This document shows, one piece after another, positions 1 to 12,779 of a stretch of DNA of 64,000 nucleotides; the first letter of the stretch is position 1, and each line of letters starts with the position of its first letter. Made by a program: the position numbers and the translations under genes. Source of the stretch: Hypanus sabinus (lineage: Eukaryota); contig NC_082722.1 of the NCBI RefSeq assembly GCF_030144855.1, positions 26,846,001-26,910,000 on the forward strand, given 5' to 3'. Under the pieces are notes generated by a model, which ran no database searches, had not been told where the DNA came from, and saw only the letters and a list, made by a program, of their open reading frames with translations.

Positions 1-337
1 GACGTGTATAGAATAACAGAACATCCCAGAACCTGCACTCACTGCTTCAACTGTTGCGTCAAGTGTGACAAACACCTCCTTTACCAATCTCTACGTCCAT
101 CGCCACTTACCCTCGGTCACTGTGTTTTACTTCAACCACCAGGACAAGTTACTGTGTAATTCTAGCTTTATTTTATCCAACCAAATTGCAAAATTTCGCC
201 ATCTTCCAGGTTAAATTATATCTGCAATTGAAGGACCACTTTCCCAGTTCATTTTCTTTGTTATCTTTCACTTTCTATTGTATCAGCAATTCCGTTGCCT
301 CCCCGAAGTTATTAATAATGTTAACAATATTATCCTC

Positions 338-723
338 AAATTCAAAAAAACCTCCTGTATAAATTTTACATCATTTTCATTTGGTGCATAAATATTCATA
401 AGAGTCCATAGTTCTGAAAAAATTTGACAATGTATAATTAAATATCTTCCTGCCGAATCAATTAATACATTTTGTATTTTAATTGGTAAATTTTTATTAA
501 CCAAAATTGCAACTCCTCTTGCCTTTGAGTTAAATGAAGCTGCAATAACATTTCCAACCCAGTCTCTTTTTAATTTCTGATGTTCTATATCCGTTAAATG
601 AGTTTCTTGTAAGAAAGCTATATCTATTTTCATTTTTTTAATGTATGTTAAAATTCTTTTTCTTTTTATTGGTCCATTAAGCCCATTAACATTAAAACTT
701 AAAAAATTCAATAAATTAGTCAT
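338..723 (-). pseudogene. Inverted N-terminal APE endonuclease portion of L1 ORF2
   Basis: MTNLLNFLSFNVNGL...IAFLQETHL...NIYAPN are APE-type EN motifs. Homology stops at EVFLNL, next to the left TSD. Confidence 0.9.
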
Positions 724-1098
724 TATTTTTATTTATGTTACTCCAATCTATAATAATACCTAATCTTTCAACTCTCATTATATCCTGGGAAATCTTTTTA
801 GAAGTCTCCATGTTGCTATGTGTGTCCCCACCAATCATCCAGGCAAAAGAATAGAAGAAAAATAGAAAATAAAGAAAAAAACAAAATACCCCCCTACTAG
901 TGTTGTGAAAAAAAAGAAACACAACATTACCCCCCTCTATTGTACGGGTCATGGCAATCGCCATGATTACACACGTGAATCCCGTAGTAACCGATTCAAA
1001 GCTCCCCAGCCCCCCCGCAACATGAAAGATATTTATATATATAAAAAAAAACATACCATTCTCAATTTATATTTCTAAAATATTACTTTTCTCCCTAT

Positions 1099-4002
1099 TT
1101 GAGAGGTCAGATAATAAGTTATACTTCTAAAATTAAGAAGGAATATATGATAGAAATAGATCAATTGGAAAAGGAGATTATAAAATTAGAAAAAGAATCT
1201 CAAAGAAATATGACAGAAGAAAAACGAAGACAACTTATTAATAAGAAGTTAAAATATAATACACTCCAGACATATCGAACAGAAAAAGCAATTATGAGAA
1301 CTAAACAGAGATATTATGAATTAGGTGAAAGATCACATAAAGTTCTTGCATGGCAGTTAAAAACAGATCAGATTTCTAAAACAATAAATGCAATTCGAAC
1401 AAAAGTGAATGAAATTACTTATAAACCTCTAGAAATTAATGAGGCTTTTAAGAATTTTTATTCTGAGTTGTATAAATCAGAATCAAAGAATGACGATGTT
1501 AAGATAGAAGAATTTTTATCACAAATAACTCTTCCAAAATTAAATACAGAAGAACAGAAGGGATTAGGTATGTCTTTTACAGTGAAAGAAGTTGAAGAAG
1601 CTTTGGGATCACTTCAAAGTAATAAATCTCCAGGAGAAGATGGTTTTCCACCTGAATTTTATAAAAAGTTTAAAGATTTATTAATTCCTCCTTTTATGGA
1701 ATTAATATATCAGGCGGAAAGAACGCATAAACTTCCAGAATCTTTTTCAACAGCTATTTTAATAGTATTGCCAAAAAAAGACAGAGACCTTTTAAAACCA
1801 GCATCATATAGACCTATTTCTTTATTAAACACTGATTATAAAATAATAGCAAAAATCTTATCTAATAGATTATCTAAATGCTTACCAAAATTAGTGCATA
1901 TGGATCAAACAGGATTTATCAAAAATAGACAATCGGCAGATAATGTAACTCGGTTATTTAGTATAATCCATTTAGCACAAAAGAGGGAGGAAATGAGTGT
2001 GGCGGTTGCTTTAGATGCAGAGAAAGCATTTGATAGATTGGAATGGGATTTTTTATTTAAGGTATTGGAAAAATATGGATTAGGAACATCATTTATAAAA
2101 TGGATTAAAACCTTAAATACTAATCCCAAAGCTAAAGTAGTGACAAATGGTCAAATTTCAACATCATTTCAGTTAACAAGATCAACTCGGCAAGGTTGCC
2201 CACTATCACCTGCTTTGTTTGTGTTGGCAATAGAACCATTAGCTGAATTAATTAGAATGGACCCAGATATTAAGGGTTTCAGAGTTAATCAGGAAGAATA
2301 CAAGATTAACTTATTTGCTGATGATGTTCTAATTTATTTAACAGATCCATTACATTCACTAGGCAAATTATCTTATAGACTAGAAGAATATGGGAAAATA
2401 TCGGGTTATAAAATAAATTGGGATAAAAGTGAAATTTTGCCTCTTACTAAAGGAGATTATAATCAATGTCGATTAATAACTCAATTTAGATGGCCAGCAA
2501 ATGGTATAAAATATTTAGGTATAAGAGTTGATAATGATATAAAAAACTTATACAAATTAAATTACTTACCACTTTTGAAAAAAATTCAGGAAGATCTTGA
2601 AAAATGGATGGCACTACCAATAACATTAGTAGGTAGAGTAAATACTATAAAAATGAATATATTCCCTAGATTACAATATTTATTTCAATCATTACCAATA
2701 CAATTACCCCAGAAGTTTTTTCAAGAGTTAAATAAATATCTGAGGAAATTCCTCTGGAAAGGTAAGATGTCCAGAATATCGTTGGAAAAATTGACATGGA
2801 AATTTGATCTAGGAGGATTACAACTTCCAAATTTTAAGAATTATTATAAAGCAAATCAACTTAGATTTATTGCATCTTTTTTCGAGAAAGATAAACCGGC
2901 ATGGATTAGAATAGAATTAGATAAAATAGGAGAAAATGTACCAGAAGATTTTATATACAAATGGGAATCTAAATGGATACGGGAAAAGAAAGAATCTCCT
3001 ATATTAAAACATTTGATTGATTTATGGAATAAGATAAATGTTGATGATGAGATAAAAAAATCTTTATTAGCAAAGAGATCTTTAATTCAAAATAGACTTA
3101 TTCCTTTTACAATGGACAATCAACTTTTATATAATTGGATTCAAAATGGGATTAGATATATAGGGAATTGTTTTGAAGGAGGTATATTAATGTCATTTGA
3201 ACAATTAAAGAATAAATATAAAATATCAAACAACACTTTATTTTGTTACTTTCAATTAAGGGCTTATTTAAGAGAAAAATTAGGTCAAACAATGTTATTG
3301 CCGAAATCTAATGAAATAGAAATTTTAATTCAAAAAGGAAATATCAAAAAATTTGTATCTTGCATGTATAATTTGATTCAAAGACAGGTAATTAAGCAAG
3401 GAGTCCATAAGTCAAGACAAAAATGGGAAAGTGATTTGAATATTAAAATTGAAGAAACAAATTGGTCAAGACTATGCCTTGACAGTATGACAAATACAAT
3501 AAATGTTCGGTTAAGATTAGTGCAGTATAATTTTCTACATCAATTATATATTACACCACAAAAAATAAAAAAATTTAATCCAAATTTATCGGATCAGTGT
3601 TTCCGATGTAACCAGGAAACTGGTACTTTTTTACATTCGACATGGTCTTGCTCTAAAATTCAACCTTTTTGGACAAATTTAAGACTTTTACTGGAACAAA
3701 TTACAGGAACACAATTTCCTCATAATCCAATATTATTTTTACTAGGTGATATTGAAGGGATAAAACCGAAACTCAAACTAAATAAGTATCAGAAAGAATT
3801 TATAAAAATTGCACTGGCAGTAGCCAAAAAAGCTATTGCAGTTACTTGGAAATCGGATTCACATTTAAGTATAGATTCTTGGAAGAAAGAAATCTATGGT
3901 TGTATTCCATTAGAAAAAATTACTTATAATTTAAGAGATAAATATGAAACATTTTTGAAAATTTGGAGCCCTTATTTACAAAAGACAGGATTAAATATAT
4001 AG
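1099..4002 (+). CDS. 5'-truncated L1 ORF2 (RT plus C-terminal Cys-rich domain), 967 uninterrupted codons
   Basis: Motifs KSPGEDGF, YRPISLLN, LDAEKAFD, QGCPLSP, LFADD, YLGI and CFRC...HSTWSC. Confidence 0.93.
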   Translation: MRGQIISYTSKIKKEYMIEIDQLEKEIIKLEKESQRNMTEEKRRQLINKKLKYNTLQTYRTEKAIMRTKQRYYELGERSHKVLAWQLKTDQISKTINAIRTKVNEITYKPLEINEAFKNFYSELYKSESKNDDVKIEEFLSQITLPKLNTEEQKGLGMSFTVKEVEEALGSLQSNKSPGEDGFPPEFYKKFKDLLIPPFMELIYQAERTHKLPESFSTAILIVLPKKDRDLLKPASYRPISLLNTDYKIIAKILSNRLSKCLPKLVHMDQTGFIKNRQSADNVTRLFSIIHLAQKREEMSVAVALDAEKAFDRLEWDFLFKVLEKYGLGTSFIKWIKTLNTNPKAKVVTNGQISTSFQLTRSTRQGCPLSPALFVLAIEPLAELIRMDPDIKGFRVNQEEYKINLFADDVLIYLTDPLHSLGKLSYRLEEYGKISGYKINWDKSEILPLTKGDYNQCRLITQFRWPANGIKYLGIRVDNDIKNLYKLNYLPLLKKIQEDLEKWMALPITLVGRVNTIKMNIFPRLQYLFQSLPIQLPQKFFQELNKYLRKFLWKGKMSRISLEKLTWKFDLGGLQLPNFKNYYKANQLRFIASFFEKDKPAWIRIELDKIGENVPEDFIYKWESKWIREKKESPILKHLIDLWNKINVDDEIKKSLLAKRSLIQNRLIPFTMDNQLLYNWIQNGIRYIGNCFEGGILMSFEQLKNKYKISNNTLFCYFQLRAYLREKLGQTMLLPKSNEIEILIQKGNIKKFVSCMYNLIQRQVIKQGVHKSRQKWESDLNIKIEETNWSRLCLDSMTNTINVRLRLVQYNFLHQLYITPQKIKKFNPNLSDQCFRCNQETGTFLHSTWSCSKIQPFWTNLRLLLEQITGTQFPHNPILFLLGDIEGIKPKLKLNKYQKEFIKIALAVAKKAIAVTWKSDSHLSIDSWKKEIYGCIPLEKITYNLRDKYETFLKIWSPYLQKTGLNI

Positions 4003-4429
4003 ATGCTTTTAAGATGAAACAATTGGTTATTAGGGGAAAGAAATAAATATACATATTAAAATTATTACGAACTCCATGGAGCATGTGGAGATCTTCCAAC
4101 CACCAGGCATTCTTTCTTTCTTTCTTTCTTTCTTTTTTTTCTAAGGGGCAGTTAGGGGGGAGGGGTTAAGGGGAGGGGGTATGGGTTATATACATTGTTT
4201 TTTCATACTTTGTAATCATTTAAAAATGCAATAAAAAATTATTTAAAAAAAAAAAACAATATTATCCTCTTAAGTGTTTCAGAACTACATGACAAAGAGT
4301 ACTCAGACCTGAACCGCCCTGTTCAGTACATCAGTAGTTGGTGGCCTTCATTCTTGAATAGCAAATCTCCACTATCAGCTTCTTATGTTATACAAAACCA
4401 ATTCGGTGCCCTCGTGTTCATCGGCTGGG

Positions 4430-4800
4430 TAACCCTGATTCCCATGTAGTCTGGCTTTCTATATTAGTATGCCGTTGCGAATCTCAATGAAGGGATAGAC
4501 TACTGCCATGCCGTTAGCAAATCTCTTCCTCACATACAAAACAACTCAATGAAATATGTGAGATAAGATTCCCCGTGAAAAATCCATGCTGACTGTTACA
4601 ATTTTAGTCATCGCCTTTCTAAATCCTGAGAGAAAATCTACCTCGGAATCCACTTCCCATCACCGATGTCAGGTTTGCTACCCATAACTCTCGGCTTATC
4701 CTTGCAGGCCATTTAAATAAATGCGCATTATCCACACTTCTGTGTTCCGTTGCCATAATTGTAGTGAAAGACGGTGTTCATATCATGCAATTGCCATTAT
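4430..4800 (-). mobile_element. Degenerate CR1 LINE RT fragment
   Basis: Reverse strand around 4560-4600 resembles the CR1 'QHGF..G.S.L' region; heavily decayed. Confidence 0.55.
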
Positions 4801-4989
4801 ATTTCCTTTCCTAACTTCCTCTAATGTCGACCGATACACTTGATCAGGCTCATCAAACATGCTGTGTTGTTACACCACTAGTTACAACTGTAGTTACAAC
4901 TCGATCTGGGAAGTGGTGAGTGGGGGGGGGGCATTGGTGGACTTTGATCGTAACACGGTTCGGCATTTGTCTTTCGGAATGACCGCTTT

Positions 4990-6000
4990 CCAATGCAATT
5001 TTGGATACCGTCCTCCGCTGCTCCTGGAACAGGAGGCGAATGAGGGGTTCCATCAGCAGAACAACTGGTCTAGAGGTATCGTCAGAAATGGTTTTAGGCG
5101 AGAGAAGCTTTATTGGCCAAATGGCGGCCACAACAAGACCAGGCCAATCGCCAGAGAAGACAGAGGCCGGCAATACCTTCCATCAGTGGCTCTGGTTCGC
5201 AACTAGATCTCAGCTGGAGATCACCTCATGTGGGTTGAATTCAGAAATTGGACCCTCGATGCATCCATCTCTTCAAAATCCTGCGACTTGTCAACCCAGT
5301 TATCTATCATCTCCAAATCTCGTGCACCATGTCAAATCACCACAGATTCCACGGATCCCGCCTCAAACTCTTTCGCACCAGTCCTTTAGCTCCGGTTCCC
5401 TAACCTGCTGTGCCCCTCAGAATTGTTGAATGACAATCTGCCGAAACAGTCCGGTGTCCTTTGGAAACCCATATTGTTTGTAGTAAAAGATCAGCACCTC
5501 CTGAATTTGGAGGGATGCGGTGCAAAAGGACGAAGCTGGATTCCTTCACGTGACACCTTGAATCCTACCTTGATGGAGGACTATCATCACCACCATCTTG
5601 ATTGCACTGGGTCGTCAGGAGCCAGTTGTAGGAAAGGTGGGTTTTGTAACTGTGGCGACTGAACTGTGGCAGGCATGCACGTTTCGGCACTCCAGTTACA
5701 TGGACTATGGCTAACTGCGTCTGTCATTTTAAGACTCAGACTGCCAATTATTTCCTGCCACTTTTTAATGAAAATTCTATACTTAAGCCCTCGTGCTGAG
5801 TACTGAGACATCAATTTGAGAAATGCTGTTTCTAGTACAACCACTTGTGATTTCGCCTTTGGATTTCCTATTTGTCGCTTTGCTGATTACGAGCCTAAGT
5901 TAATCGAGGCCTTCCTCTGCACTTTGATTCATCGCCATCAATTGCTCCCTCGTATTCTCATATTCTCAATATTTATTGTTTATTTACATATTATTTCTTT
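4990..6000 (+). mobile_element. Decayed chromoviral (Sushi-like) Gypsy 3' end: integrase C-terminus, chromodomain remnant and 3' LTR
   Basis: Frameshifted peptides FGYRPPLLLEQE, FKILRLVNPVIYHLQ and RSWIPSRDTLNPTLMEDYH. A purine-rich tract precedes TGTAAC at ~5646. Confidence 0.7.
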
Positions 6001-7122
6001 TTTTTTTTGTATTTGCTCCGTTTGTTGTCTTTTGCAAGCTGATTGTACGTCCACTTCGGTGCAGTCTTTCATTGATCATGTTAATTTTATTATTCTATGG
6101 ATTTATTGAGTATACCTGCCAGACAACAAATCCCAGGGTTACATAGAGTGACATAAATGTACTTTGATAATAATTTTTTAAAACATTGAACTTCTGTACT
6201 TTGATTCACAGATGAGTGGACTATTCTCGCAGAAATCATTGAATCCGTTGAATCTGAAGTCGCTTGAGGAAAATTAATAAAATATTACCTCCAAAGTACT
6301 TAAGAAATGATGATGTAGATCTACAGCACGTTATGAAAATCTATTTAATCTGCCTAGAACTATTCTCATATTCAGAGAAAGCGGATTGCATATGCGGAAA
6401 TATTGTATTGCTTGGAGGTAATGTCCTATTATAGAACATGACAAATCACAAAACATTGCAATTCAGAAATTAGCATATTTTGAACGTATCCAACCAAGGG
6501 GGATTAACAACTGTCACGAAAATCAATCACAATCTAACAAAGTATCGTAAAACTTCAGCTACACTAATCCGTGTAGCTGTATCCTGTACAAAGTGTCCGT
6601 TCATTCTTTTTCAATTTCTTTTTCCTATCTATTTAATGTTATCATGTTCAACACTTTACAGCTCAGCATGTTTCAGCTACCGACAGGACACCATACATGA
6701 AATGTTTTTCTGTGGCTACATTTGCCTTACCACATCTTAAAACGTCCCTTTTGTGATTTTGCAGCTAATCCTTGATTACATCAGTTAAAAATTCATTATG
6801 TATTGACTGGTCTCAAATTTATTTGTTCACATTCTGTTTGAGTTCTCTTAATGTATTAATAACTCTCCGTTGCTCTACACTATCCATGTTAGCACAAATG
6901 CTGATATCACATTTATCCCTTAATAAACAGTCTTCGTGGAAATAAATGTGCCTTAATGTGATTTTTTCCTTCGTAAATCTCATCATTAAATTGCAATTGC
7001 TGTCATTTAGCACCTTAATACTCTTGCAGTCAGGATCAGAAGACATCCTATTCTTGTTGATTTATTTCTGTGTGTATATATACGTGTATGCGGTTTACAT
7101 ATTTAATCCTTTGCTCCTGTAG

Positions 7123-7224
7123 ATCAACATACGATTATGCAAATACTCGTCTGTACTCAGGGTGGATTGGCAACTTTAGGCCAGTTGATAAGTTTTGTAG
7201 AACGAATATACAAGGAAGTAAATA
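7123..7224 (+). pseudogene. Divergent homolog of the receptor TM exon (upstream paralog): (D)QHTIMQILVCTQGGLATLGQLISFVERIYKEVN
   Basis: Acceptor cctttgctcctgtag|AT and donor A|gtaaaa, phase 1-1. Gapless match to the 34496-34603 exon (IL.C..GG.A.L...I.......K), 37/60 nt identical in the core by hand count. Confidence 0.6.
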
Positions 7225-7440
7225 GTAAAATGCTCTCTATTTTATTAATTGTTTCCTTTTTTAAACAATCTCATGTATATAGAAGAGGAACTGTGGAATA
7301 ATGATTCTCGACGACAGAAAATTAAACCTCACCAAGAAAGATATGACATTTCGGTAGCATAATGTGGATGGCAGCTGGAATATCTGAATACCTTATGATA
7401 GATCCATAACATCAAACTGTCTTACATTAAAAAGAAATCC

Positions 7441-9290
7441 TTTCTTTTCTTTCTAAATCTTTTTATTATTATTAGTAATATGGACAGAATACAAATGATA
7501 TATTGATAAAGAAATTACAAACATACAAATTCCATTACATATGAAAAAAACATACATAATAGTTACAATATAAATGCGTTTACCAAGACATAAGCCATAA
7601 AATATATGTGTGAACATGGTAAGTCTAAATATTTCATAATATATGATATAAAAAAAACAGAAAAAAGAAAGAAAAAAAATATATATAATGCAAAACTAGC
7701 TAATCTACTAATCTAATAACTAATAACTAATATAGAAGAAAAAAGAAGCAAAAAAAGAGAGAGAGAAAAAAGGGGGCTGTTTATAATATCTCACAAGAAT
7801 AAATATTCATCAATGCCGTCACTTCCGGTCCTCTCAACATAGAGAAGCTAAAAGCTGGGAAATCAAATGAACTTGGCACAGGGTCATATTACATCATATG
7901 AAAATGTTGAATAAATGGTCTCCATAACTTTTCAAATTTAATAGAAGTCTCAATAACTCCACTTCTAATTTTTTTTCTAAATTTAAACATAACATAGTTT
8001 GAGAGAACCAATTAAATACAGTGTGAGGATTAATTTCCTTCCAGTTCAACAATATAGATCTTCTAGCCATCAGAGTTAGAAATGCAATCATTCGACGGGC
8101 AGAAGAAGATAAATGCAGTGAGTCTAACGTTGGTAAACCAAAAATTGCGGCAATAGGATGAGGTTGTAAATCAATGTTCAAAACCGCAGAAATAATATCA
8201 AAAATATCTTTCCAATATTTCTCCAAAAATGAACAAGACCAAAACATATGAGATAAAGACGCAATTTCAGATTGACATCTATCACAAATAGGACGAATAT
8301 GAGAGTAAAAATGAGCTAATTTATCCTTGGACATATGAGCCCTATGTACGACCTTAAATTGTATTAATGAATGTTTGGCACATAACGATGATGTATTAAC
8401 TAATTGAAGAATTCTTTCCCAATTCTCACTAGAAATAATAAGGCTAAGCTCTCTTTCCCAATCCTTTTTAGTCTTATAAAGAGGCTCTGAACGTATCTTC
8501 ATAATTATTTTGTAAAGTTTTGAAAAAAGCCCTTTTTGAAAAGGGTCTAATTCAAATAAACTCTCCAAAATATCTGAAGGCACAAAATTTGGAAACGTAG
8601 GGAGTACAGAACATAAAAAAAAATGTCTAATCTGTAAATATCTAGAAAAATGAATTCTAGGCAAGTTATATTTGTTGGATAATTGCTCAAAAAACATGAA
8701 ACAATTGTCCAAAAATAAATCAGAAAATCTTAGTAATCCCTTAGTTTTCCAAGCCGAATAAGCTTGATTTATAATGGAAGGGTGGAAAAAACAATTAGAT
8801 AAAATAGGACTATTTAAAACGAATTGTGTCAACCCAAAAAATCTCCGAAATTGAAACCACATACGCAAAGTATGTTTAACTATCGGCTTGACAATTCGTT
8901 TCGGCAATTTAGAAAGAGCAAAAGGGAGAGAAGTCCCTAAAATAAAACCCAGAACGTAAGCTGATACAGATTTAATTTCTAAACTCACCCAACGAGGGCC
9001 GAAAGATCCATCCTCATTTTTTAACCAGCATAACAAGTATCTAATATTAACTGCCCAATAATAAAATCTGAAATTATGTAATGCTAACCCGCCTTCCCTT
9101 CTTGTCTTCTGTAAGTATATTTTACCTAACCTGGGATTTTTATTCTGCCATATATATGAAGAAATTTTTGAGTAAACATTAGTAAAAAAAGATTTCGGGA
9201 TAAAAATTGGTATCGTTGAAAAATATATAAAAACTTAGGTAAAATAACCATCTTAATAGCATTAATCTTTTTTCTCACTTTTATCACTCT
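7441..9290 (-). mobile_element. 5'-truncated L1 (second family), ORF2 C-terminal part and 3'UTR
   Basis: ORF 7894-9036, with upstream WQNKNPR...GGLALHNFRFYYWA, a CDRC...HMFWSC knuckle, and a T-rich tail at ~7441. Confidence 0.88.
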
Positions 9291-9454
9291 TTTTCGAGAA
9301 TTGATTATTTTTTTGTAGACTCTTGTTTTATTCCAAAAAGAAATTCAATTAACATCAAAGGCATCACATTCTGACTTTATTTCAGAGCCAGATAATCATT
9401 TTGTATGCTTATTGTTTTACAAAATATTTTGTGTGTTTTTTAATTCTCCTCAAG

Positions 9455-9501
9455 GCATCAATGAAAATACTGTGAAACCATATAAAGAGGAAAATGGATA
9501 G
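9455..9501 (+). pseudogene. Homolog of the 44-nt first cytoplasmic exon; donor lost, so it reads GINENTVKPYKEENG*
   Basis: Acceptor ttttttaattctcctcaag|GC, phase 1. Exactly 44 nt precede TAGGGG, where the paralogs have GTAGGT. Starts G-I-N like 35235-35278. Confidence 0.55.
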
Positions 9502-9659
9502 GGGAAAATCCATTTACATTCAAAGAGGGATACGTGGGCAGCAAATGCATTACATTTAGCAAAGAAAAAGATTGATTTTCACACAATTGTATGGTGCTAC
9601 ATCGGACGAAGTTGTTTAAATATGTATTATAAATTAATTTAAAATTTTCTTTTAAATTT

Positions 9660-11378
9660 TGTTACAGAATGCATTGAACAATGTATTCAATGTTTTATGT
9701 GCCCCTAGGGTTCATTTTGGTCTGTGGTCTGTCACTTGAAAACTTCGGAAGAATGAGACTGAACTTTTGCTGCATTGGATTTCGACAGACTGCAGTGTGT
9801 TTGGACGCATGCAAGGACATTGCCTGCATCTGACTTACGAAGGCGAAGAGAGGTGGGTTATGTGATGGACAATCAATGCTATGGTTTCTCTGCAGCTTGT
9901 TTACACTTTCCTGCAGCTTATTTTGAACATACAAGGGCACACAGAAAGACACAGTCAAAGTTAAAATGGATTCGGTCAATGGAAGACACCAGTGAGTCGG
10001 TCGATAGCTTAAACTTACAGTAGCCCAAAAGGGTGAGTGGAGATCGACCCTGAGTATTGATAAATGACTCTCACAAGTTTTCTGCAACTAGAACACGTTT
10101 GCAGGAAGAGAGGAGAGGAAGTTTTGAAACAGAAGAAATCTAATGACAAAGATATCACTGTTTGGACTCTCTATCCAAGTAACCCGTGAAGGTGAGTTTG
10201 TTTCCATTCGGCTACAGAAGTGTGATTGCCTCGTAGTTAACCCACAGGAGTGGGTTCGCTGTTGAGGGGAAAACCTTTCTGAGTACTACGTGTGTGCTTA
10301 CCCTTTGTCTGGGTGTGTTAGATAACTGAATAAAGGCACCACTGTGGCCAATCACTGTTGCAGTTATTTCGTATGTTGTGGAACTGGATAAGTGGCTATC
10401 ACATTGTCTGTATGGGGTAGTCCTGTGGAATCTACCGGAGCGCTAACACTTGCCTGGGTGGTGGTTCCCTTGAAGATGGTCCCCTTTTTGTGATTAGCAA
10501 GATAGAGGCAGGAAATATGTTCCAGATGCTGGGAGAGTCCAGTACCAGAGGGCATGGTTTAAGAATAAGGGGTAGGTCATTTAGGACAGAGTTAAGGAAA
10601 AACTTCTTCTCCCAGAGAGTTGTGGGAGTGTGGAATGCACTACCTCAGAAGGCAGTGGAGACCAATTCTCTGGATGCTTTCAAGAAGGAGCTAGATAGGT
10701 ATCTTATGAATAGGGGAATCAAGGGATATAGGGACAATGCAGGAACCGGGTATTGATCGTAGATGATCAGCCACGATCTCAGAATGGCAGTGAAGGCTCG
10801 AAAGGGCCGAATGGTCTACTTCTGCACCTATTGTCTATTGTCTATAAGCTACTATTGGTGATAATCCACAATTGGATTTTGTTTGGGTTTCCTGTGGCCA
10901 CCACTTTGAGATATTTCGGAGCTGAGTTCGGGTGTGGTACCACTTGTGTTGAAAGGATAATCGTTGAAGATCACTGTCGGTGATACTTGGTGTGTGGAGT
11001 GGAACAACGTCGGAGATGAAGCCTACTGCTATTGTTATTTTGTATTGGATGTCGTGGAATCTGAGGAATATCAACGTAATTTTCTTCTCGCAACATATGC
11101 CTTTGGATTACAAATATCTCTCTCTCGTGTATTGAACTGAACTTTCTCAGGTACCATCATAATACTGTGTCATTTGCCACCTAACCTTGAATGAGTTTGG
11201 GAAACATATATTCACACCTGTATAACCTTATATATGTCTAACACTGTTAATCCTTGGTTTATCTGGTTTTAACTTCACTATCATTGGTAGATACTAATGA
11301 AATTTTTAATAGCAAATCTAGACTCCAGGTGTGTTCCATTTCTGCTGTTTCTTTTAACCCGTTACAGGGTATGTAACA
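9660..11378. mobile_element. Probable solo LTR interrupted by a CR1 fragment
   Basis: Begins TGTTACA, ends TGTAACA, non-coding. No TSD found. Confidence 0.4.
10495..10847 (+). mobile_element. CR1 LINE 3' end
   Basis: Peptide TRGHGLRIRGRSFRTELRKNFFSQRVVGVWNALP and a (CTATTGT)n tail. Confidence 0.9.
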
Positions 11379-12779
11379 CGTGTTATCAGAGTTAACAGGG
11401 CGTCAGATGGACGATCCTGCTGAGACATCTACGATTTTCTATTCTATTGGAAAGAATGAAACGGATCTAGTGAGGAACCAGCAAATATCTGGGTGCTGAG
11501 TGGTCTTAGTGAGGAATGATAAAGGAAGTAATCAGATTAGCTTTGGATTCAATCTCAGAGTGGAAATGTTATAAAATTACTCAGCGAGGTAATGTAGGGC
11601 TCTGGTGAATATATTAATTTCTAAGGCTTGTTCAATGTTACTCTCGAACAAAGAGAAAGTACGTAACAGAATGTTGTTTCCAGTTCTATCGGATCTGATC
11701 GTCATTAAGCCAAGATCACACACTGTTAGGGGTGTATGATGACTGGTGCACAACGGTCTCGTTGTGTTTCAACAATTCACACACAAGCGTCTCGTATTCT
11801 TTCCAATTAGGATGATAACACGCTATCCCGAAATACAAATCATTTTAGGACAGTTTAACATATCAGCTGTCGTCTGGTTCATCGTGGAATTTTCTTAAAC
11901 GTATATCATTTACGTGCTCCACAGCTACCAATAAAAATTGCTTCTGTGTATCAAACTGGGTAATTTACAAAAACAGTTAAATATCTAACTTATTCTATTT
12001 ACTATAGAGGAACGACTACAAATACTTTATACCGGACAGTCACATACCGGCCTTCATAAATTATCTTTGCAATTTCGTCCAGTACATCACATTCTGACTT
12101 TATTTGTGAGCTAGAATTAACAGCCGTTCAAATAATGACGTAAACTTTTAGTATGAGGTTTTTCTTTTTTGAAAATGGAAAAGGGGTTGGTCAAAGATTA
12201 CTGCTTCTGATTGAAAGCCGTGGCTGAAACTCTGAACCTGAAAGTGTGTGAGAGCATATGATCATCTCTAGAGGTCTCTCAGGTCTATCAAATCCGCTAC
12301 CTGACAACAAGGGAAATGCCAGAAGAAACGTCCTGGAGAGGGACTACGGGGGCGTTTACTTCCTATTTTAGATTTACCCATGGATTCCCTTTGGGGGGGG
12401 TCGAATGAATTGAGAAGTGCTTGATTGCTTGAAAAATAAACAATTTCCAAATTTCATGTAAAAATATTGAGCCTATAGGGGATCATATTTGCTGCATACA
12501 CCCCAGTTCCTCATAGATGAAATACGTTTTTACTGCCTCCATTCGTGAAAAATAAGAAACAATTAACAGAGGATGTCTCTATTGCTCAGAACCCTTTGTC
12601 AAAACTACTGGAATGACACGCCATCGGGAAACTGAACCACATTGCAAAGTTGGATTTGTTAAATAATGTTCGGTGGTAGGAAATGTACAGGCTGTTGTTC
12701 CCTGGCCCGGTGGTACTGAAAGAAGATTACCTTATCTTACTGAGGCTAAGAGTGACGCCCTAAACTCTAACCACCGTGA

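Larger units (their letters stand above)
338..4254 (+). mobile_element. L1-clade LINE insertion with an inverted 5' segment (twin-priming structure), poly(A) tail and 15-bp TSD
   Basis: AACAATATTATCCTC occurs at 323-337 and 4255-4269. A-rich tail ends at 4254. Segment 338-~1092 is antisense (spacer plus ORF2 start); ~1093-4254 is sense ORF2 plus 3'UTR. Confidence 0.92.

Noticed and set aside
4144-4185. G-quadruplex-like G-rich tract
   Set aside because: An ordinary feature of L1 3'UTRs.
6765-7060. Possible C1 exon for the upstream paralog, or a 75-aa minus-strand ORF
   Set aside because: The plus strand has immediate stops and no C1 Cys/Trp pattern. The minus-strand ORF lacks a good acceptor and any motif I recognise.
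7283-7353. Exon-like segment KEELWNNDSRRQKIKPHQERYDIS after the TM-like exon
   Set aside because: It needs a 58-nt intron and a weak donor (gtagca), and has no counterpart in copies A or B.
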